Below, one piece after another: positions 55,357 to 64,000 of a DNA stretch of 64,000 nt (positions are counted from its first letter, which is position 1; each line of letters starts with the position of its first letter). A model generated the notes under the pieces. That model was not told where the DNA came from. It searched no databases and saw only the letters and a list, made by a program, of their open reading frames with translations. The position numbers were made by a program, and so were the translations under genes. The stretch lies in the NCBI GenBank assembly GCA_964304625.1, contig OZ199838.1, positions 10,991,607 through 11,055,606 of the forward strand. The letters are read 5' to 3'. The stretch is from Kudoa neothunni. Its lineage: Eukaryota > Animalia > Cnidaria.

Positions 55357-57089
55357 TAAGCTATAAACCATTCTCCCAACGACAATATTTTTGTAGAATA
55401 ATGCTATGTTTATTTGGGGTTTTGTTGTCTCCTTTTTTTCAAAAAAAATTATATTTGAAATTTTCGCTTGGGTGAAATTGTGATATTGGATTAATATTAA
55501 CTCTTAATGTTAAATACAGAGATATTCCAGTCCACAGACTTTCTTGTAATAACTGTCTACTAAGTCAAGTTGTAAACTTTCTGAATATACTAATATGCAG
55601 TGTATTATTAATTAATTAATTAATTAGGTGTCGTGTAATTTTTGCATATGCCTAGTTCAGCGCTGAAAATAATGCAAAAGAGAGAAATTATTTTTTAAAT
55701 TCCTCCTAAAATAAATCAATGATTTGTTTTATTTAGAGCGACTATTATGAAATATTAGTTATGTACAATTGAAAGACATTTATATTTAAAATAAACATTA
55801 AATTACATATTTTAATTCAGAAAATATTCCCTTAGCCTACAGAGAATAAAGCAGAATATGCTGGCATGATAAACTTTAATCCTAAACGGCCTGTTCGTTT
55901 TCAAAGATAGGGAATTATTATTCCCACCGACTCTTATTTAGAAGCTGTGTACAGGTTTAATTTTGTAGAATCTGCTGTATTTAATTACCGCAACAATAAC
56001 CACATCCCATTAAGAATTTACAGTCAATTATAACATACCACTTTTTGTATTTTTATTTAACACTATCGAAAATTGTTCAGCTTTCGATAGCAGTGGGTGA
56101 AGGGAGTTTTAAATTGATAATTGTTTTTATAAATGAGTAAACATTAAACTAAAGTATATATAGGCAATGAGATGAAAACCTCAACGTTTTATCTCCAAAT
56201 TTTTATTTATGCATTTTGAAGATGAGTTTTGTTTTAATCACGTAACAGTGTATTATAATGGCGAAGAAAGTTTAATTAAATAACTACTCCTACGAAATAA
56301 CAAATGTAGCAATCTATTTGACTTTCGAATGTTTACCGTAAAAAATCAACAAATTCTAAACGAATATGAGACTTGAATATATTTTGTAAGTGATATCGTA
56401 ATTTTTAAACAATTCACCAGCATTTCAAACACCTGCAAAGATCAGCATATACAAGAAAATATATTGTCGCACATGCGTACTCCGGTGACATAGGAAAATA
56501 CAAACGATTTTACATATATAGAAAACAAATCCAATTATCACATGTGTTTTAATTACGTTTTGTAACTATTGAAAATAATTTATTTTGGTGAATATATAAT
56601 TTTTAATATAAATAATCTCTGCTGAAGATGTTTATAAAAACGAAAAATGCGGGTTTTGAATAAATTATGTAATATATTTTTAATTAAACTAATAAATCTG
56701 CTGGGGAAAATATAAACTAAATATAGAAATAATCATCCCAAAATTAAAATCTTATTATCACATAAAATCAATCACGAGATAAATTTGATATATTAAAAAC
56801 ATAAAACACGATCGGACGGTTGCATGATAATTTGCGCAATAAGGACAACGGAAACAAAAATTAGTGGTTGTTATTTAAATACGTAATAAATGTATATTTC
56901 TCCAATAAAATTCAAAACAATAATTTCGAAAAATTAGTTATTCCCATGCGCCATAAAATCGCATATTCCTTCTACTAATTTTCTTATTTATTGTACAACA
57001 ATTATATGATTCTTTAATAAAATACCTCACAAATGTATTTATTGGACAAATAGTCACTTTAAATAGTGGTTTTAAGTAATATAAGGATT

Positions 57090-58590
57090 CTCACATCATG
57101 GCGTTTAGCGATGTTATTCTTCGTTGATTCAGCTTACAATTGACCCGATCAAAAATATCTCTGAACTGAAATCTAACCATCTTCTTAGGTAACATATATT
57201 ATTTTAAATATGAATGATAAATAATAATCCAATTCTAGTTATTAAGTTTTAAGGATGATAGATTTAACAGAATTTTCATATCCACCCTAAATTGTGGAGC
57301 TTATCCCTCATCCCACATGAAGGAAGAGTCCGACCGTATAATTAACTTTTCTATTATTTCAAATTATATTAATATAGGAATAATAAACATTTTCAGTACC
57401 TATCAATACTCGTGTGCAATAGCGGCATTTTTATCCATAAATGCTAGCTCTGAACTCTGAATAAATTTCTTCCAATTTTAAAAATATAATTTAATAAAAA
57501 AAGTATGTATAGATAAATTTCTACATAAATTACAATTTTTAAAGTCGTATAATTCATTAATTTCGGCCCCATCACTTCAATACAATGAAACAACAAAATT
57601 ATAATTTTTTTATATGAAATATTACATTGTATTTTAAATAATAAAAAGGACAACGTTAAATGTACAAATATCCTTCCACTCTTAACTAATTGTCTCATTG
57701 AATTCCCATAAAAATATTACCTTTATAGTTAAGCCAAAATATTTTGTTAGTTGTCAAAATTTAGTTGAAATTTTGAGGAAGGAATACAAATTTATGAATT
57801 CATATCCTAAACGATATAACTAGTCTACGTAAGTGGAAATATTTATTTTATATGCGCGAAAAACAATTTTTATTAAAATGCTAATACTAACCAGAGAAAA
57901 GAAATATACAAAAATATAATAAGGATAAATATTAATAAAAAACTAAATAAAATAAAGGTTGATTGATGTTAATTCAAAATTACAAGATTTCTAAACAGCT
58001 AGACTACTAAAGCATATTTTTATTTGAAGTGAAATAAAGCGTTTATTTCTTAATCTTCTTATCTACCTTTGACTACATGATCGTTGTTATAAAGCCATTA
58101 GAACACAATTAGTAGATTTTTAGCAAAACATCAAAATCTCGGTTGTTGTTTTATATGCGGTAGGTAAACTCAAAAATTACCAAATTCCATTTTATTACAT
58201 CAATGATAATTCGTATATACAATGACCGATAGCAAGAAAGTTGTATTCTATCGGATAATCGGAAAATATGGCTGCAACAAAATTAGTAGGCAGGTGGTAG
58301 GTACAAATAAAGCGAAATCAGGCCTCGGGAAGGTTCGCAGGAATCAAAACTTACAATAAATGGTCTTAAAACTGATCAGACTTGTGTGAGGTTGCGCTAT
58401 CAGCTTAGGTTATTAGTAAACTCGGTGAATATTCCATCTGATTTTGTAGTTGCGTAAAATACGCAATCGTAAGCTCTTCAGTAGGTCTCAACACATCGTA
58501 AAACATTGTGGTTAAGACGTAATTTGTCGTGAATCAAATTCTAGTTCTGTTACCCTGGTAGTTGATTTTAAAGACATTTTTTCAAAATAG
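57090..58590 (-). other. Probable spliced gene or pseudogene of unknown product, divergent from DENND4
   Basis: Clear minus-strand intron GTAAGT...CTAAT...TTGCAG (about 58273-58355) flanked by frame-compatible coding-like text (KLIAQPHTSLISFKTIY|SIFSDYPIEYNFLAIGHCIYELSL). Further small AG/GT-bounded blocks run to about 57090, but frames are broken. Confidence 0.4.
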
Positions 58591-58681
58591 TCTGTTGGAT
58601 AATCGTTACAATTTAAAAACCCCACCTGACTGATATTTATTTTTGGTGGTGAATGTTGTTGTCATCAACCCATCATATAAA

Positions 58682-61600
58682 ATGGATATTCTTGCATCTG
58701 ATAACAATTTACAACAGCCCAAAATGTATTTAGACGAAGATGGCAACGCGAATATTCTTTCTAACACAGTAGCTGATTCGATGGCAGATTCGCTGTTGTT
58801 ATTAGGCTTGGATATGGATACAATTGGGTTGAAGTCGTCACTTGATGTTGATGATCAACTGGCATCACCACAACCACATCATCGAGAGGAATTTGACTAG
58901 TTTGAAACCGCTTGTCGATATAAAAGTTATAAAAACAAATGAGCAGCCTCCTCAAGGAGGATACCAAATGTTATCGAGATCGTATATGGGTTCCGACATA
59001 TTTGGCAAATCTATATTTTTTCGTAAAGCAATAAATTCGGTTGTTTGTTTTCGTACGGGGGTAGATCAACTACCGATAACTGATATCAAGTGAGTGTAGA
59101 GATTTATAATTGAGTTTAGTTTTCGTTGTAGACTTGTGAGTTACAACGAATCTGCACCGCCCGGTTATACGGTGATTGTTCAGACCGACAGTGGAAGCGA
59201 TGCTTGTTAAATCATGGTCATATCGGCGAAGGTTCTCTGTATTTTGGCGTATAAACGTGCGGCATATGCGCCCAAATTTGCTATTGTTGATTTGTGTATT
59301 GTGAGAGTGGACAATCGAGAATCGTTTCCGCATACTTATTTCAAAGTCGAACCAAAAATATCAGCCGGTCTTGCGGTAATTATGAATCTATATTTGTACT
59401 CATTGTAACTTTTTGAATAGTTGTTGTCTCCCTCATTTCAATTTCTTTTCAAACGAACTCGTATTCATTCTCCATACTATCTTATAGAGCAGGTAGGTTT
59501 GATATTTATTTTGGCGCAACAGATAACTTACCTTCTCAACAATAAATTAACAAAGATTATAATTTTTACTAATTTTTAATACAAATAAGTTAGTATAATT
59601 GTAACTACATTTAAATATGTGTTTAGAGGTGCTTAGCTATTACCCCCACACCGTACATGTCCAAGAACCTTCCTGATATTAGTACACTGTCTAAATTTTG
59701 TTTGCCTGATGGCATTATTTTCGACGTGGCAACGATGGGTTCAGTTCCAACTGTGGAGCTGTTTACAACCTCATTAACAGATCCTATCGGCAATAAAGTA
59801 TCATATTATTTGTCTTAAAATTGAATGTTACGATAAATTTATAAGGTTTACGCCACTTGCTATATTTTTTACGAGATTTTGGAAGAAGGCGATATACCTG
59901 AAGTACTGAAGACCGTGTTTGATAAGGCTCGAGAAACCCAAGCTAGTAAACATACTTGATATTGATTTTAATTTAATTTTTTCTTGCAGATAATACGTCC
60001 ACAGTAGTGTACACTACTAAATGTTGTGTTTGTTGTCGAAAGAACCTAATTTCAAGTTGAACCACCCACTTTTTGTCCACTCTTCATCGATTCACTTTGT
60101 CATCTTCGCAACAAATACCTATTGAGAGGTTTTTATATGAGTGTGAGATGAATATTAACCTACTTATCTTCACCAATAGGTTTAATTGTGTATTTTATGA
60201 AGTTCATCAAAAAACCCCACAATATCGCGCCCTCGAGTGATCTGCAACGTAGGCTACTACACAAATAATAATTTAAATTTTTCAAAAATTAGTTCGGATT
60301 TATAAACTGTAATACAATAAATAATTGTTTTAGTTTGCATTGACTCCGTGTGAAGTATTGCACAATCCTTTCGATGGATTAATACCTAAAAAGTGATTCT
60401 ACCTAAATTTTCTATAGTTCAACGAGAAAACATATTAAATTTGAATTTTTTCTTTAGTGGAGCTTCTTTCCTGCTTATGCTGTCGTTATTTGAAGTTGAA
60501 GAGTTGATTGATTTAATGGTGTGTGTGTTGTTGGAAAGAAAAAGTGTTGGTTCACTGTCACAAAGTTAATAGAATAATGCCCATTGTTGAATGTCTGTCC
60601 ATGGTTGATTGATTGAGTTGATTAATGGCATCGATTAATAGCGCTATTTTTAGATTATCTATCCATTCGAATGGCAATGCCCTTACGTGCCATTTTGTCC
60701 GTTGGATTTGGCAGATGTTATCTCGGCACCTATGCCATTTATCGCGGGGATATCTACTGAATACTTTGATCATAATATCCCCGGGGATGACATTACTTGT
60801 ATTGATCTATCTAACGACCACATCAGATTGTAATATATTTAATAGCTCATGACATATTTCATACGTTTGTTTTAGTGGAAATGAAAATGGTCATACAAAT
60901 ACCTGGTGTAAGAATTGCCTTTAATTAATAGTTATTAGCTTTTTTTATTGGTGTAACTTAGGTTTTCGAAGTTCTTCGAGAAAACCTTTATTTTCTTAAA
61001 CAACTAATTACTGCAGGTATTATTCTCATTTTTAAAGCAATATTATATATGTAAATTCTGTAACAGAATATGAGAAAAATGAAAACTTTATTGAAACGAT
61101 GGATATTAAAACTAAAGTTAATTTTCTATAGATTTTTTCATACAAAGCTATTTGCTTATTGTTTTTTAATTATTAGATGGTATGGGAATTGAATATTCAA
61201 TATGAATTTATCAAATTTATTTGTACTGTTATGTCAAATTATCGGTGATATTTTTCAGAAATTGAATCGGCTTGAATTTTCTGTAGAAAATATTTAAGAG
61301 TTAGCACTATGAGCGGCAAATCGCCGGAATGGTGTCAACAATATCTTTGATGTGAAAGGTGTTTTTTCGTGTTGTCTATGCCCCGTTTTTTAATATTCGC
61401 TAAAATGTTTAGGGTTCATCCACTCAAAAAATATAGGCGATCGTCATTTCTTCCAACAGATCAACAAAAACTCAAGTAATGTTTTTTAATCAATTCAATC
61501 TAACAAAGTTTTGTTTAGTATTTTAGCCATTTTATTACTCAATGCTACAAACATTACAAATGCGAACTAGGAATGACTTCCATTGATAGCATTGTGTTCT

Positions 61601-63286
61601 TGAACGATTTTATCGATAATGTGAGTGTTTGGTTATTGAAACATTATTTAATTGTCTTTTTTGTATGTTATATTTATATTATATAGATGCATAAATCCCA
61701 CATTGAACAAACGATGGTTGCACAGCAAAATAAATCTGTTGTAATTACTCTTGTTTTGAGGTTACCGGTTATTGTGACCCATGGAGTTTAATTTTATTCT
61801 AGCAAAATGAGTGTGCGTCACACTAATATTTTTCACAATATTAATATTTGGACGTATAAACTTATTTTTTTAAATATATTAAATCTAATTATTTTTACGT
61901 AAGCGAAATAATGTTGACACGATAATAATATATTCATAGGGTGGCAGTAGTGCGGAAGCATGTTAATCTTTGTATATACAACAGTAATAAGTTGAGTGAT
62001 GATTTCGCGTGAATTATCGGGAATGACAGAGTCTGTATACGTAAGCTCGCATGTCTATATATATTGGCACATGTGCGAAAAATTAATAAGTATTAAAATT
62101 AACTTGTTTACATATAGAAATATTATACAGTTCCACAAATAGTGCTACGACTTTCGATAATTAATTGCTTATATTTTTGTTGGTTGATAGATGCTTCTTT
62201 AAGTTAAATTACATTATATATTCGAGTTTATTTCCACGCGTGTGATTCAAGGGATTAAAAATCTGTAAAAATCGTAGTAAATTTGTATTTTCTTAAATTT
62301 TAGATAATTAAAATGATAGATTTAGTGTTACATTTTTCTTCCTATTTTAGTATTGATGAAATTTTGTTAATATTATTTCCTGCCAAGTCATAAAAATTAT
62401 TGCATTAATTGATTCTTAAATGAGAGAATAACAATATTTTAATCCTATAAAGTCATAAATAATATTCATTAACTACTTTTAATTTATGTTTTCCCTAACT
62501 ATTATTTTCATGTGATGAATGAATATTATTCAATAATTATTTCGAAATTATATAATGAATATTAAGCTTATTTTATAGCTTTTTAAATTTTTTGATTAAT
62601 GTGAGACATTTCATTTAATTGGAGAACATATCTACTTCGCATGGTTTCAAGTTTTAATAATTTAATCAGTTTTTATATTTTCCATATTCTTAGAGGAAAT
62701 TTTAAGGTAATAAAAATAGTTAACCTTTCATTGTGTTTTTAATACGAGAAAATTAATATTTATTTTTCATAATTTAAAATAGATTGATCTATTTGTTTAA
62801 ATATGAATGAATTCGATTGATGCAAAATATATTCTGCAATTATCCATGCCAAGTTAATGGACATAATCGGATAACTTCAAATTTTTTTTGATCTAACATC
62901 TGCTTGATTTTAATTAAAATTTTAGAGACGAACAGTCTGTCGTATTGTACCCAGAGATTTCTTTTTTTAAATATGATTATGGCTATTCATTTACGTATGC
63001 CAACCTATTTATATTGTCTTCATCTTGTTATCTATTTTTAACATAGGTATGGTTCCTATTTTCCAAAATTAGTGAAAAATATTTAAAAATGGAGGAGAAC
63101 ATTCTGCTAGAATTAAACCCTTCTGAATTCAGATCAAATAACAACGCCATGCACCATAAAAGTGGAGAGTCTAAAATCAACTATTTCAAATATGAACCTG
63201 AAAACACATTTCTACAGCTACCGTTAAAGACGCAATACTTGCAGTTGGTTGTCAGAAACGGTATGGAAAGAGAAAAAAGTTATCAA
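58682..63286 (+). CDS. DENND4: DENN domain protein 4 (Crag-like Rab GEF: MABP + uDENN/cDENN/dDENN); frameshifted as assembled and probably continuing past the window
   Basis: MABP repeats (PLVDIKVI, LPITDIK, FAIVDLCIV), then KFCLPDG, KVYATCYIFYE, LLERKVLVH, and IYPFEWQCPYVPFCPLDLADVISAPMPFIAGI. Assigning the exon at 63089-63286 is tentative. Confidence 0.88.
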
Positions 63287-64000
63287 GTAAGAGTCTGTTT
63301 ATTTATTCAATGAAACTTTTCGTTCCTAATTTTGATTTGATTTGATTTTAATTTTAAATTAAATTATTTTTTTAATTCATGAATATTTTTATAACATTAT
63401 TCAGAGGTATTCATTTTAATAGAGGAAACTTTAAAAAAACTTCACAAATTGTTCTTAAGATTGATAAATAAAGTGTTTTAAACGTGATGTGTCGTATTAT
63501 TAAATGTTTGTCTTCAATTTCCATTTGAGGGAGGGTGTGTTTTTGATGTTAACATTAGAAGTATAAAAGGACCCTCACTTTAAAATATTAATTAGGTTAA
63601 CTAATTTGTAACTGGTTTTCAGTCATAATTTATAGTTGTGACATAATTTTCTGATTCCAACTTTCTTATTTATTTACACTCATTATGTTACTATTGGACC
63701 TTTTATTTAAAATTACAACAATTAATCCCATTTGGTTTTAAATTTTAACTGAACTAGCTGATTATTGTAATTGTAAGTATATTTAATAAAATTATTACAA
63801 AGATTACGTTATAATAATTTAATTCAATTATTTATCTTAAGACGTATTTTTGACACAGATTCAGATGTTTGATACTTTTTTTGAGTGGAAAGATTGTTTA
63901 TGCCTAAAACTTTTATATTATGGAAATTATATTTTGGTATTTGAAACATACAGGCCATTTCTTATCATCAATCTTATGATAATTTTTTTGCGTTGTGTAT

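Overview
This is eukaryotic, strongly AT-rich DNA with many tiny (about 40-60 nt) spliceosomal introns, so the ORF track fragments most genes. The gene set is animal-like, and the compaction suggests a small invertebrate parasite such as a myxozoan or orthonectid. That is inference; the species cannot be named from this sequence. Tight islands of conserved genes alternate with stretches of decayed DNA transposons (MULE, piggyBac, hAT, pogo/Tigger, probably Helitron), several of them nested. Conserved genes: RPB6, MAK16, PSMB1, Miro, C1orf131/Faf1 (absent from the ORF track), TMEM11, SAMHD1, SUDS3 and DENND4. The most unusual locus is a tandem pair of roughly 760-aa single-pass surface proteins (27260-29897 and 31421-34060). 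They are built from ~98-aa phase-1 exon modules carrying a recurring 4-Cys motif. Most of the two copies is virtually identical, introns included, but an acidic N-terminal region and one internal module are strongly divergent, and the flanking DNA is old and diverged. This pattern suggests concerted evolution that spares hypervariable patches. Also notable: a secreted five-domain Kunitz protein in which four domains lack canonical disulfides, a recurring TGCG/CGCA motif at housekeeping starts, and a DENND4 gene full of homopolymer frameshifts. No rRNA, tRNA or CRISPR array could be supported.
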